From: a bacterium
GTDB lineage: Bacteria; Actinomycetota; Acidimicrobiia; Acidimicrobiales; Bin134
Direction of reading: 5' to 3'
DNA length: 64,000 bases
Assembly: GCA_026705465.1 (NCBI GenBank)
Contig: JAPPAP010000025.1
Span: forward strand, 429,566-493,565
Below the pieces are notes generated by a model. It did not search any database. It saw nothing but the letters and a program-made list of their open reading frames with translations, and had not been told where the DNA came from. Shown in pieces: positions 19,784 through 29,404 of the stretch; the first letter of the stretch is position 1; the number at the start of each line of letters is the position of its first letter. A program made the position numbers and the translations under genes.

Positions 19784-21201
19784 TAGCGGTCCTCCTCGGA
19801 CAAGGTTGAGACCACCCGGCCGTTTCGAATCTCCACGGGGTACAAGGCTAAAGGGTCGGTGGCCGGATACCGAACCGCTTCCCCGGTGCGCAGGTCGAAG
19901 CGGCCGTTGTGCTTGGGGCACTCCACCAGGCAGTCCAGCACCACACCCTCAGCCAAGTACGCCTGCCCGTGGGTACACAGGCCCTCGGTACACACCAAGG
20001 TGCCGTCGTTCAGGCGGAACAGGGCGTAGACCTCGTCACCCACTTCCACCTGGCGGGCCGATCCAGGGGTGAGCGCACTGGCCGGACCAAGGTCGAGCAA
20101 GCCGTCATGGCGGTCACCGGCCCACACGGTGTGGCCGGTATTGACAAAAGTGCGCTCCGCGTCGGGTACCGCCGGCACGTCATCGCGGGGTCCGTCATAG
20201 GTTGGATCTCGCCATTGACGGCGCAGTGTGGACAGGATCTCGCGATAAGCCGTCCAGGTGTTGGGCGATGCCGGGGCCAAGTGCCCCTTTAGCTCCTGGT
20301 GCAGTGCGGGCAGGGAGTAGTAGGGAACGGTGGGGAAGATGTGGTGTTCCACGTGGTAGTTCATGTTGGAGTACAGGAACCGGAGCACCGGGTTCATGTA
20401 CACCGTGCGGGTATTGAGGCGATGGTCGAGCACGTCTTCCCGCAATCCGGCATGTTGGGTGATGGCGAAAAATGCCATCAGCCAGGCCCCGTAGACGGTG
20501 GGCAATCCGACATAGAGCAAGGGCACGATGGACCAGATTGCCACTGACCAAGCCGTGGCTCCGGCCAAGATGGCGATGTAGGCCCGAGATTCCCACTTCA
20601 GCTTGGGAAGCTCGTCGGCGGGAATGAAGGACCGGGCCTCGTCGTCGATGCGCCCAATGGCGTGTTTGGCGGTGCGCGCCACCATCTTGGGCACGTTCAC
20701 CAGGGGTACAAAAACCAAGGCCACCGAGGCGGGGGAGGAGGGGCGGGGGAAAACGATCTCGGCGTCGCGGCCCACCACGATGGTGTCGGTGTGGTGGCGG
20801 ACGTGCGACCAGCGCCACAGGGTGGGCTGGCGTAGCAGCATGAACGAGGCCAAGTAGTACACCACGTCGTTGAGCCACTTGGTCTTGAAGGCGGTGCCGT
20901 GGCCGCATTCGTGCCAGCGCGAGTCGCCGGCCCCGCCGTAGAGGGCGCCGTAGACGGCGAAGGCGGGGATGGCCCACCAGGTGCCTAGTGAGATGAAGGC
21001 CAGGTAGCCGAACCCGGCCAAGAGCCCCAGCCAGGCCACGGTGTCGATGGCGGCTCGGGTGTTGCCTCTGACTTGCAGTTTGCGCAAGCGCTCCGGATCG
21101 ATGGGCGGGCGGAACCACTCGGCTTCAACCAGGCCCGCGGCTGCGGCCCGATCGGCCTCGGGGCCGCCGACCCGGTAGTCGCGCGTGGCGGGACTTACCA
21201 T
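19783..21201 (-). CDS. Membrane fatty-acid-desaturase-type di-iron oxygenase fused to a C-terminal Rieske [2Fe-2S] ferredoxin domain (MocD-MocE-like fusion)
   Basis: 472 aa from the ATG at 21201. It has histidine boxes HECGH, HVRHH and HVEHH with hydrophobic segments. The C-terminal region has CTH-x16-CPKH. Both gene ends overlap iol genes. Confidence 0.8.
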   Translation of the reverse strand: MVSPATRDYRVGGPEADRAAAAGLVEAEWFRPPIDPERLRKLQVRGNTRAAIDTVAWLGLLAGFGYLAFISLGTWWAIPAFAVYGALYGGAGDSRWHECGHGTAFKTKWLNDVVYYLASFMLLRQPTLWRWSHVRHHTDTIVVGRDAEIVFPRPSSPASVALVFVPLVNVPKMVARTAKHAIGRIDDEARSFIPADELPKLKWESRAYIAILAGATAWSVAIWSIVPLLYVGLPTVYGAWLMAFFAITQHAGLREDVLDHRLNTRTVYMNPVLRFLYSNMNYHVEHHIFPTVPYYSLPALHQELKGHLAPASPNTWTAYREILSTLRRQWRDPTYDGPRDDVPAVPDAERTFVNTGHTVWAGDRHDGLLDLGPASALTPGSARQVEVGDEVYALFRLNDGTLVCTEGLCTHGQAYLAEGVVLDCLVECPKHNGRFDLRTGEAVRYPATDPLALYPVEIRNGRVVSTLSEEDR

Positions 21202-23087
21202 CCCACCCGTTGAGCGCCTTTGCCAGCATCCATGTCTGCTCGGGCCGCCCGCACATCGGCGCTGGCGCTCACCTCGGGCACGCCCACCTCCCAGAACGAC
21301 CCACCTTCGGTCCACCGGTAGGCGTGGGTGTTCAGTGCGATCACGTAGGTGCGATCCGAGGCTCGAGCCCGACCAAAGGCGGCCTCGAGCTCGGCGATGG
21401 AGTTCACGGTCTCGGCCTCACAGCCCATAGAGGTGGCGTGGGCCGCGAAGTCCACCGGAGTTACTTGGCGCACTCGGGAGTCGGCGAAAAGGTTGTTGAA
21501 CGGCACGCCCCCTTGGCCCAGCTGCAAGCGGTTGATCACCGCGTAGCCGCCGTTGTCACACACAATCACGATGAGCTTGTGGCCGGTCAGCACCGTGCTG
21601 TACAGGTCGCTGTTCATCATCAGATAGGAGCCGTCGCCCACCAGCACCACCACCTCCCGGTCCGGCAGCGCCATCTTGGCCCCCCATCCACCGGAAATCT
21701 CATAGCCCATGCAGGAGTAGCCGTATTCGCAATCGAAGGAATGAACAGACTGGCCGCGCCAACCGTTCACCAGCTCGCCGGGGAATCCGCCGGCTGCGGC
21801 CAGCACATAGGTGGACTCATCGGCGGCCCGATCCACTACCCCCACCACCTGAGCGTAAGTGGGCAGGTCGTCCTGGTCGTCCGTGGCGTCATCGGAGGAT
21901 CGACCGGCTGCGGCCACTGCCTCGGGAGCAGCAATTTTGTCGATGTAGGCGTGGTACTGGGAGGTTTCCGATGCGGCCCGGTCAGACCACTCCTCGGGGG
22001 CCTGGTAGTCGCCCAGCGCCGCCCCCAACTCGGTCAGGCCCTCGCGGGCGTCGGCTACCAGCGGCAGCGAGCGGTGTTTGGTGGCATCGAAACGAGCTGC
22101 GTTCAGACCGATGATGCGCACGTCGTCGCCCCCGCCGAACACGGTCCACGACCCGGTTACGAAGTCTCCCAAGCGGGTGCCCACTGCCAACACCACGTCG
22201 GCTTCAGCGGCCATGGCGTTGGCCGACGTGCAGCCGGTTACGCCGATAGGGCCGCAGTTGAGTCGGTGATTGGCCACCAGCGATGTCCGCCCGGCCACCG
22301 TCTCCACCACTGGGATGTTGTGGATCTCGGCGAAGGCCCGGAGCTCGTCTTCGGCCAACGACCAATGAACCCCGCCACCGGCCACGATCAGAGGCCGCTC
22401 CGCAGCGACCAACGCGGCCGCGGCCCGGCGAAGCTCCCGAGTATCGGGCCGGGGGCGGCGGATCTCGTGGACTGTCTCCTCAAATAAGCGGGCGGGGAAG
22501 TCGTAGGCCTCCCCCTGGACGTCTTGTGGCAGGCTGATGAATGCTGGCCCGCAGTCGCCGGGGTCGAGCATCGTGGCCAGGGCGTTGGGCAGGGAGTGGA
22601 CTGTCTGTTCGGGGGAAGTGATGCGGTCCCAGAAGCGGACCACGGGCCGGAAAGCGTCGTTTACAGTGACCGCAGGATTGCCGAAATGCTCCACTTGCTG
22701 AAGGACGGGGTCGGGGATGCGGCTGTTGAAGGTGTCGCCGGCCAGCAGCAGCAACGGCATTCGGTTGGCCATGGCCACCGCGGCCGCGGTCACCATGTTT
22801 GTGGCACCGGGACCGATGGAGCTGGTGGCGGCCATAATGCGCCGCCGCCGATTGGCCTTAGCGTAGGCCACCGCGGCCAGGGCCATTCCCTGCTCGTTCT
22901 GTCCTCGCCAAGTAGGCAGAGCCTCGCCGGCCTGCTCCAGCTCATGGCCCAGGCAGGTGACGTTCCCGTGCCCAAAGATGGCGAACACGCCAGCAAATAG
23001 GGGCACGGCTTGACCGTCGGTCTCAATACGCTGGGCGGCCAGATAGCGCACAATGGCCCCGGAAGTCGTCAAGCGGATGGTTTCCAT
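21195..23087 (-). CDS. iolD: 3D-(3,5/4)-trihydroxycyclohexane-1,2-dione acylhydrolase (ThDP-dependent)
   Basis: 630 aa. The N-terminus TTSGAIVRYLAAQRIE...IFGHGNV and the ThDP motif GDGSYLMMNSD are typical of IolD. Confidence 0.9.
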   Translation of the reverse strand: METIRLTTSGAIVRYLAAQRIETDGQAVPLFAGVFAIFGHGNVTCLGHELEQAGEALPTWRGQNEQGMALAAVAYAKANRRRRIMAATSSIGPGATNMVTAAAVAMANRMPLLLLAGDTFNSRIPDPVLQQVEHFGNPAVTVNDAFRPVVRFWDRITSPEQTVHSLPNALATMLDPGDCGPAFISLPQDVQGEAYDFPARLFEETVHEIRRPRPDTRELRRAAAALVAAERPLIVAGGGVHWSLAEDELRAFAEIHNIPVVETVAGRTSLVANHRLNCGPIGVTGCTSANAMAAEADVVLAVGTRLGDFVTGSWTVFGGGDDVRIIGLNAARFDATKHRSLPLVADAREGLTELGAALGDYQAPEEWSDRAASETSQYHAYIDKIAAPEAVAAAGRSSDDATDDQDDLPTYAQVVGVVDRAADESTYVLAAAGGFPGELVNGWRGQSVHSFDCEYGYSCMGYEISGGWGAKMALPDREVVVLVGDGSYLMMNSDLYSTVLTGHKLIVIVCDNGGYAVINRLQLGQGGVPFNNLFADSRVRQVTPVDFAAHATSMGCEAETVNSIAELEAAFGRARASDRTYVIALNTHAYRWTEGGSFWEVGVPEVSASADVRAARADMDAGKGAQRVGW

Positions 23088-23100
23088 GGCTGCCCTCCCT

Positions 23101-24276
23101 TCAGTCGATTCTCAGCGATATCACATCTTCCCAGGTGCCCGTCTCCCAACTCTTCAGCATGGCGGCTTGCACGCTCACGCAGGCCAGCGCCTGCTCCATG
23201 CCCGCGTGGTGGGGTCGGCCCTCGGCCACTGCGGTCAGGAACTCGTGGTCTTGGATGGTCACCATGTCCTCGAAGCCGATGGAATTGGCGTCACCGGGCA
23301 CGAACACGCCGTGATGGGGATGGCGCTCGCTGGCCCGAACTGTGGTGTAGCCCTGTTGCGGGTCGGACGCCCGAAACACTTGGAGCTCATTCAAAGTCTC
23401 GTGATTCCAGCTCAGTGCGCCTTCGGTCCCGTAGACATCGAAGGCCATTTGACTTTGGGGGCCCACGATGGCTCGGCTGGCCTCGAAAACGCCGCGACTG
23501 CCGTTGGCGAACACGGCCAACGCCCCGAAGTAGTCCTCGTTGGTCACTGCGCCGGTGGGATCGCCAGGGTGGCCCCGGTCGTAGTGGGTTCCCGATCCCG
23601 ACGGCAGCGGACGCTCCTTGATAAAGGTCTCACCTGTTCCCACCACCCGAGTAATGGGGCCATTGAGCATCAAGGCCAGGTCCACCGCGTGGCTCAAGAT
23701 GTCAGTGGTGGCTCCGTGCCCGGCCTGGTCGATCAGAAAGCGCCAAGAGAGCAGGCCAAGGGGGTCGGCTCCGTACATTGAGAAGAACCGGCCCCGATAG
23801 TTGGTGATCTGCCCCAAATCACCGGCGGCGATGAGCTCCTGCGCATAGAGCACCAGTGGGGCGAATCGGTAGTTGTAGCCCACCCCGGAGATGACCCCGG
23901 CTGCTCGGCAGGCCCTTTCGGCACGGGCAGTCTGGATGGGGGTGCCTCCCACCGGTTTCTCGCAGAACACGTGTTTTCCGGCCTCCGCGGCTGCGGTGAC
24001 CAGGGGCTCGTGCAGCACATTGGGAGCGCAGACGATCACTGCGTCGACATCGGGGTGCTCCAAAGCGGGGCGCCAGTCATCGGTGGCTTCCCGGAAGCCG
24101 AATGCGCTGGTGGCCGCGTGGCGACGGGACTCGATGGTCTCCGAGCAGATCACCAGTTGGGGGTCATAGGCCCGATCTTCGAACAGCGTGGGCAGACGAA
24201 GATAGGAGCGGGCGTGGGCCTGGCCCATCCACCCGAAGCCCACCACGGCGATCCCGAGCGGCCGCGGGGTGGTCAT
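23101..24276 (-). CDS. Gfo/Idh/MocA family oxidoreductase (second inositol/inosose-type dehydrogenase)
   Basis: 391 aa. It has the Rossmann motif IAVVGFGWMGQAHARSY and EKPV. Confidence 0.8.
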   Translation of the reverse strand: MTTPRPLGIAVVGFGWMGQAHARSYLRLPTLFEDRAYDPQLVICSETIESRRHAATSAFGFREATDDWRPALEHPDVDAVIVCAPNVLHEPLVTAAAEAGKHVFCEKPVGGTPIQTARAERACRAAGVISGVGYNYRFAPLVLYAQELIAAGDLGQITNYRGRFFSMYGADPLGLLSWRFLIDQAGHGATTDILSHAVDLALMLNGPITRVVGTGETFIKERPLPSGSGTHYDRGHPGDPTGAVTNEDYFGALAVFANGSRGVFEASRAIVGPQSQMAFDVYGTEGALSWNHETLNELQVFRASDPQQGYTTVRASERHPHHGVFVPGDANSIGFEDMVTIQDHEFLTAVAEGRPHHAGMEQALACVSVQAAMLKSWETGTWEDVISLRID

Positions 24277-25238
24277 GACGCCATTCCTACCCGACGATCG
24301 ACCCCAGGATGGGCCGCGGCGGGATCGAGCAGATGTTCGGGGATGTCGCCCCGCAGCCAGATGAGAGCCTGCTCCAGCGCTTGGCCAATCAGCCTGACGA
24401 TGCCCACCGTGGTGGTCGAGGCTACGTGGGGGGTGACGACCACATTGTCCCGGCCGAGCAGCGGATGGTCCGGAGGCAGCGGCTCAGGCTCGGTCACGTC
24501 GAGTCCTGCGCCGGCCACATGCCCGGAGTCGAGGGCGGTGAGCAGGGCCTGCTGGTCCACTAGCGTTCCCCGAGCGCAGTTGATGATGATCACTCCCGAT
24601 CGCATGGCGGCCAGCGAGTCCGAGTTGATGATGTGGTGGGTCTCGGGGGTAGCAGGGGCATGGAGTGAGACCACATCGGCCTCGGCCCAAAGCTGGTCGA
24701 GGCTGATCAACGTGCCCACGGGGGCTGTTTCCAGGTAGGGGTCGTAAACCAGCACATCCATCCCCAAAGCCTCGGCGTAGCGCCCTAGAAGGCTCCCGAT
24801 TCGCCCACAGCCCACCAGTCCCAGTTTGCGTCCGTCCAGCTCCAGTGCACCGGGGCCAACGAGTCGGCCGGGGCCGCCGACAGTACCGGCGGCCAGGCGG
24901 GCTTCGGAACGCTTGAGTCGTTTGGCCACCGCCAGCATCAGCGCTAGCGCGTGCTCTGCGGTGGAAACCGTGGGGGCGTCGGGGGTGTTGCAGGCCGCCA
25001 CGCCATGGGCGGCGCAGGCGGCAACGTCTACGTTGTCGTAGCCGATGCCCGAACGGACTACCACCTTGAGGTTGGGCAACCGGCGACAGGCGTCGTCGTC
25101 CCAAGGCCGATCAGCGGCAACCACCACGCCGTCGGCATCTTCGGGGCCGTCCACCAGTTCCACATCAGAAGGAATCACCACCTCGGGTGGGGGAGTGCGA
25201 TCGATCCAGATTCGGATTTTCTTGTCGGATCCGGTCAT
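24273..25238 (-). CDS. D-isomer-specific 2-hydroxyacid dehydrogenase family protein
   Basis: 321 aa. It has LGLVGCGRIG, a later INCARG, and PHVAS. An ATGA overlap links it to the downstream gene. Confidence 0.8.
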   Translation of the reverse strand: MTGSDKKIRIWIDRTPPPEVVIPSDVELVDGPEDADGVVVAADRPWDDDACRRLPNLKVVVRSGIGYDNVDVAACAAHGVAACNTPDAPTVSTAEHALALMLAVAKRLKRSEARLAAGTVGGPGRLVGPGALELDGRKLGLVGCGRIGSLLGRYAEALGMDVLVYDPYLETAPVGTLISLDQLWAEADVVSLHAPATPETHHIINSDSLAAMRSGVIIINCARGTLVDQQALLTALDSGHVAGAGLDVTEPEPLPPDHPLLGRDNVVVTPHVASTTTVGIVRLIGQALEQALIWLRGDIPEHLLDPAAAHPGVDRRVGMAS

Positions 25239-25272
25239 GTTCCTGCCTCAGGAGAGAAGTCTGCTGGTGAGA

Positions 25273-26253
25273 TCATGTGTTTCGGCCCAGCATCTCGTCG
25301 ATCTCCGCGGGGGTGGGCATGGCGTCTGAACAGGCCAGGCGACCGGCCACGATAGCCCCCGCGGCGTTAGCCCGGGTGACGATTTCCACCGGTTCGAGAC
25401 CGGCCAGCAGCCCGTCGGCCAATGACCCGCCGAAAGCGTCGCCGGCCCCCAGTCCGCACACCACCTCCACCGTCATGGGGCGTACCTCGGCACGGTTCTC
25501 CAGGGTGGCTACCAGCACGCCGTCAGCGCCCTGTTTCACGATGGCCAGCGACACCCCTCGTTCCAGCAGGCGATCGGCGGCGGCATGGGGATCGTCGGTA
25601 CCGATGGCGATCTCGCACTCTGTGCGGTTGCCCACGGCAACGGTGGCCAGTTCCACAGCCGAGCCGATGTGGTTGCCGGCCTCTTGGGGGGAGGCCCAGA
25701 AGCTGGGCCGGTAGTCCAAGTCGAGCACGGTGTGGGGTCGACGGTTGCGCCGCTTCAGCACTTCCATCACGGTAGAGCGGGACGGTTCTTGGGCGAAGCG
25801 GGATCCGGCGGTCCAAAGCACGGGCACCTCAGCGGCAATATCGGGGATGTCATCCGGGCCAAGGTTCATCTCCGGGCCGCGGGGCTCGCGGTAGAACAGC
25901 AGGGGCGGATCGGTGGGAGGGTCGAGGGCGCAGAAGGCCAGCGCGGTGCGCAAGTCAGGATCAGTGGACACGTAGCGGTTGTCCACCCCGAACTTCTCGG
26001 CCAGCTCGGCCTTGATGTACTCGCCGAAGCCGTCATCGCCCACCCTGGTCACCACCGCAGCCCGTCGGCCCAGACGGGCACAGGCCACGGCCACGTTGGT
26101 GGGGGAGCCGCCGATCGACTTGGCGAACGTCTGGACTTTGCTCAGCGGCACGCCGCTCTGCTGGGGATACAGATCGACGCTGACCCTCCCGATGGTCAGA
26201 ACTTCAAGATCGGTTGGAGCGCGGCCAGCGTCAGCCGCCAGTGTGTCAGGCAC
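25273..26253 (-). CDS. iolC: 5-dehydro-2-deoxygluconokinase (PfkB family)
   Basis: 326 aa. It has LTIGRVSVDLYPQQ, GGSPTNVAV, and GAGDAFGG. Confidence 0.85.
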   Translation of the reverse strand: MPDTLAADAGRAPTDLEVLTIGRVSVDLYPQQSGVPLSKVQTFAKSIGGSPTNVAVACARLGRRAAVVTRVGDDGFGEYIKAELAEKFGVDNRYVSTDPDLRTALAFCALDPPTDPPLLFYREPRGPEMNLGPDDIPDIAAEVPVLWTAGSRFAQEPSRSTVMEVLKRRNRRPHTVLDLDYRPSFWASPQEAGNHIGSAVELATVAVGNRTECEIAIGTDDPHAAADRLLERGVSLAIVKQGADGVLVATLENRAEVRPMTVEVVCGLGAGDAFGGSLADGLLAGLEPVEIVTRANAAGAIVAGRLACSDAMPTPAEIDEMLGRNT

Positions 26254-26273
26254 GCAGTGATGCTAGGTGACGA

Positions 26274-27053
26274 TTAGGTCCCAGCTTGAGCAAGTTCGTG
26301 TTGGAGAGCTTCCAGTTCGGCGCCACCGGCCATGAGCTGGGTCAGGTCGGCCTGCGACAGCTCTTCTTTGGCCCAGTTGCCCATGGACACTCCCCGGTTG
26401 AGGATCACAAAACGGTCGCCCACCGGGTAGGCGTGGTTGGGATTGTGGGTGATGAAGATCACCGCCAATCCCTGGTCGCGGGCCTCCACAATGCGCCGCA
26501 GCACCACCCCCGACTGCTTCACCCCTAGCGCCGAGGTGGGCTCGTCGAGGATCAGCACTCGGGCGCCGAAGTAGCTGGCTCGGGCGATGGCCACCGACTG
26601 CCGCTCACCACCGGAGAGCGTGCCCACGCTCTGCTCGACATCGCGGATGTCGATGCCCATCTTTGCCATCTCCTCTTTGGCGATGCGCTTGGCCCTCTCG
26701 ATATCGATCTGGCGGAAGGGCCAGATGCCTGTCTTCGGCTCTGACCCGAGGAAGAAGTTCCGCCACACTGACATAAGCGGCACCATGGCCAAGTCCTGGT
26801 ACACGGTGGCAATTCCTCGACCCAGCGCCTCGCGGGGCGAGTTGAAGCGCACTTCCTCGCCTTCCATCAAGAGCGTGCCCTCGTCGTGCTGGTGTACGCC
26901 GGCCAGGATCTTGATGAAGGTAGATTTGCCCGCGCCGTTGTCCCCGAGCACGCAGGTGACCTCGCCGGGATTCACCGTGGTGGTTACCCCGGTGAGGGCG
27001 ATGATGTTCCCGTAGAACTTCGAGATGTTGTTGAGTTCGAGGAATTCAGCCAT
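26274..27053 (-). CDS. Sugar ABC transporter ATP-binding protein (single NBD)
   Basis: 259 aa. It has Walker [10 protein letters not shown], the signature LSGGERQ, and Walker B LILDEPT. Confidence 0.9.
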   Translation of the reverse strand: MAEFLELNNISKFYGNIIALTGVTTTVNPGEVTCVLGDNGAGKSTFIKILAGVHQHDEGTLLMEGEEVRFNSPREALGRGIATVYQDLAMVPLMSVWRNFFLGSEPKTGIWPFRQIDIERAKRIAKEEMAKMGIDIRDVEQSVGTLSGGERQSVAIARASYFGARVLILDEPTSALGVKQSGVVLRRIVEARDQGLAVIFITHNPNHAYPVGDRFVILNRGVSMGNWAKEELSQADLTQLMAGGAELEALQHELAQAGT

Positions 27054-27105
27054 CAGCAGGTCTCCTTGAGGTTCTTGTTAGTCCGAATTGTCTGCCGGGA
27101 GAATG

Positions 27106-29361
27106 TCATCGGACCTTCTCCGCTTGAGAGCGCACGTAGTTGTTCACCAGCACCGCCACCAGCAGCAAGGCGCCCAGCACCAGGAAGCGCCAGTCGCTGT
27201 TCCAGGTGGCGAAACCGATACCGGAGGTGATCATGCCCCAGATCACTGCGCCGATAGCGGCGCCGATGGCCGATCCGTAACCGCCGGTGAGCAGGCAGCC
27301 GCCGACCACCGCCACGATGATGTAGCGGAACTCGTTGCCGTCGCCCACGTTGGCCTGCACTGAGTTGAGCCGGAAGGCGATCACCATGCCGGTGATCCAA
27401 GCCGACGCCGACACCAGCATGAACAGCGTGGTCTTGGTGCGGGCGGCAGGCACACCCACCGAGCGGGAGGCTTCCTTGTTGCCGCCCACCGCGAAGATCC
27501 AGTTGCCGAACTGGGTGCGGGCCAGCACCCAGGCCCCCACCACGGCAAACAACAAGAACAGCATCACACCGACACCGAATCGGGTCTCTGCCTTGGTTGC
27601 AGCCAGTTCTTCACTGGTGATGAACATCAGCCGGGCTGAGATGCCCAGCATGACCGAACCGAGCCCGACGAAGACCAGCGACCGGCCCACGCTCTCATCG
27701 GAGGTGAACACGGTGCGGTAGAGCGTCGCCAAGGCAAAGACCGCGAAAGCGACAATGCCGCCCTTGACCGCAGCCATGATGATGCTGTAGAGGATGCCGT
27801 CGCCGTCGGCCAGTTCGAGGATCAATGACAAGAGTCCCGCAGCCAACCCGAGCACCGTCCCGATTTGTCGAGCGAGGGGTCCGTGAATCGGTGGCGGCGG
27901 GGCGCTTGTGCGGCGGGCCGCGATCAGCCGGGTGACAGCGGAAGCGGCCAATACCAGAGCGATCAACAGCAGCGCAGTGAATAGCTCTACCCGCAGCTTG
28001 CGAGAGCCGGCCTCGGATTGGATGAAGAAGGCCAGTATGACGATGCCCACCGAGGTAAGCAGAGTGAACAACGCCGCCAGCCCTCGGCGTCGAGCGGCAA
28101 TGCTGAGCAGCACAACCCCCGCAATGGCCAAGATGCCAAAGAGGATGGCCCGGGCGCCCTGCACGGTGATCATGTAGCTGATACCGGGGATGAGGGCGAC
28201 GACGGCACCGATGGCGGGGTATCCCACGCTGACCCGGCCCAATGCGGCCAGAACGGCCAAAACCCCGGTAGCGCCGATGCCGATGGCCAACACGGCGCGG
28301 CCTGGCGTGCCGGTCAAGAAGTCGAGGCGGTCGGCATTATTGGAGTCCATGACCGCGGCGATCAATATGGCTCCAACGATGGCTACGACTCCGGTGATCA
28401 AAAATTGGATCACCCGGGGGTCGTGCTCTGTAGGGGCCGGTTCTCGCTCGGCGGGCTGGTAGCGGGCCAGACACCATCCGGCTACTGCCACCAGCACTCC
28501 CGCCCCCATGATGATGCCGAATATCCAGTTAGAGCTCTTGCTGTCTTGATTGAGCAGCAGGATGTAGCCAGCCGCCCCTACAGCCGCTCCGATGACGAAG
28601 ACAAAGTACCCACCCAGCACCGGTTTCTCCCGGCGGGCGTAGGCCAACTCCATGGTGCCCAAGATCAGGACAACCGCGCCGATGATGAGAAGGCCGCTCC
28701 AGGCCCAGTCTCTGCTGCTCCAGAGATTGGTCCAGCCGTCGTTCTCCCAAACATGGTTATTGCGGACCCATCTGGCCCCGAAGATGTTGTCCCAGAACTC
28801 GTAGCCGCCCGACTTGTCGAGACCTTCGGCGATGACCTTGTTGGTGAAGAGCTTGGTAAACCCGAGCTTGGCGCCGATGAGGATGAAGAATGTGCCCAGG
28901 GTGACGATGAAGCTGGGCAACGAGGTTTTGTCCACCAGCGTCCCGTTGAACCAGCCGATAGCCAAGGCAAAAGCCAAAGAGAGCGGCACTGCGAGGTGCA
29001 AGCTGAGTCCGGCACCGCCCAGCTCAGCAGTGTCACTGCTCAACAAAACCACAATCACCGCGGTAGCCCCGGTCATGGAGCCGGAAGAGAGGTCGAATTC
29101 ACCCCCGATCATCAACAGGCCCACGGGTATCGCCATCAGGCCGAGGGTGGCGGCCACATCCAGATAATTGGCTGTGCCTCCTGCCGTGCCGAATGGCGCT
29201 GAGACCAGCCAGAACAGCAGCCACACTCCGACCGCGCCAATGAGAGCGCCGATCTCCGGCCTGGTCAGCAGCTGCTGGACTGGACCTCGGTGGGCCAATC
29301 GCTCGTCTTCAACGGGTGGCGAGCTAGCCGCTGAGTCAGTCGTAGAGGTCGCTTCGGTCAC
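27106..29361 (-). CDS. CUT2 (RbsC/XylH-type) ABC permease with ~400-aa multi-TM insertion
   Basis: 751 aa. The permease motifs IGGEFDLSSGS (residues about 85-95) and AVGGNKEASRSVGVP (residues about 624-638) are about 535 aa apart. In the other permease in this window they are about 130 aa apart. Confidence 0.85.
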   Translation of the reverse strand: MTEATSTTDSAASSPPVEDERLAHRGPVQQLLTRPEIGALIGAVGVWLLFWLVSAPFGTAGGTANYLDVAATLGLMAIPVGLLMIGGEFDLSSGSMTGATAVIVVLLSSDTAELGGAGLSLHLAVPLSLAFALAIGWFNGTLVDKTSLPSFIVTLGTFFILIGAKLGFTKLFTNKVIAEGLDKSGGYEFWDNIFGARWVRNNHVWENDGWTNLWSSRDWAWSGLLIIGAVVLILGTMELAYARREKPVLGGYFVFVIGAAVGAAGYILLLNQDSKSSNWIFGIIMGAGVLVAVAGWCLARYQPAEREPAPTEHDPRVIQFLITGVVAIVGAILIAAVMDSNNADRLDFLTGTPGRAVLAIGIGATGVLAVLAALGRVSVGYPAIGAVVALIPGISYMITVQGARAILFGILAIAGVVLLSIAARRRGLAALFTLLTSVGIVILAFFIQSEAGSRKLRVELFTALLLIALVLAASAVTRLIAARRTSAPPPPIHGPLARQIGTVLGLAAGLLSLILELADGDGILYSIIMAAVKGGIVAFAVFALATLYRTVFTSDESVGRSLVFVGLGSVMLGISARLMFITSEELAATKAETRFGVGVMLFLLFAVVGAWVLARTQFGNWIFAVGGNKEASRSVGVPAARTKTTLFMLVSASAWITGMVIAFRLNSVQANVGDGNEFRYIIVAVVGGCLLTGGYGSAIGAAIGAVIWGMITSGIGFATWNSDWRFLVLGALLLVAVLVNNYVRSQAEKVR

Positions 29362-29404
29362 GAGAGTCCCCCCTCTCTACCTGGGCGATATACCCGGCCA
29401 ATGG

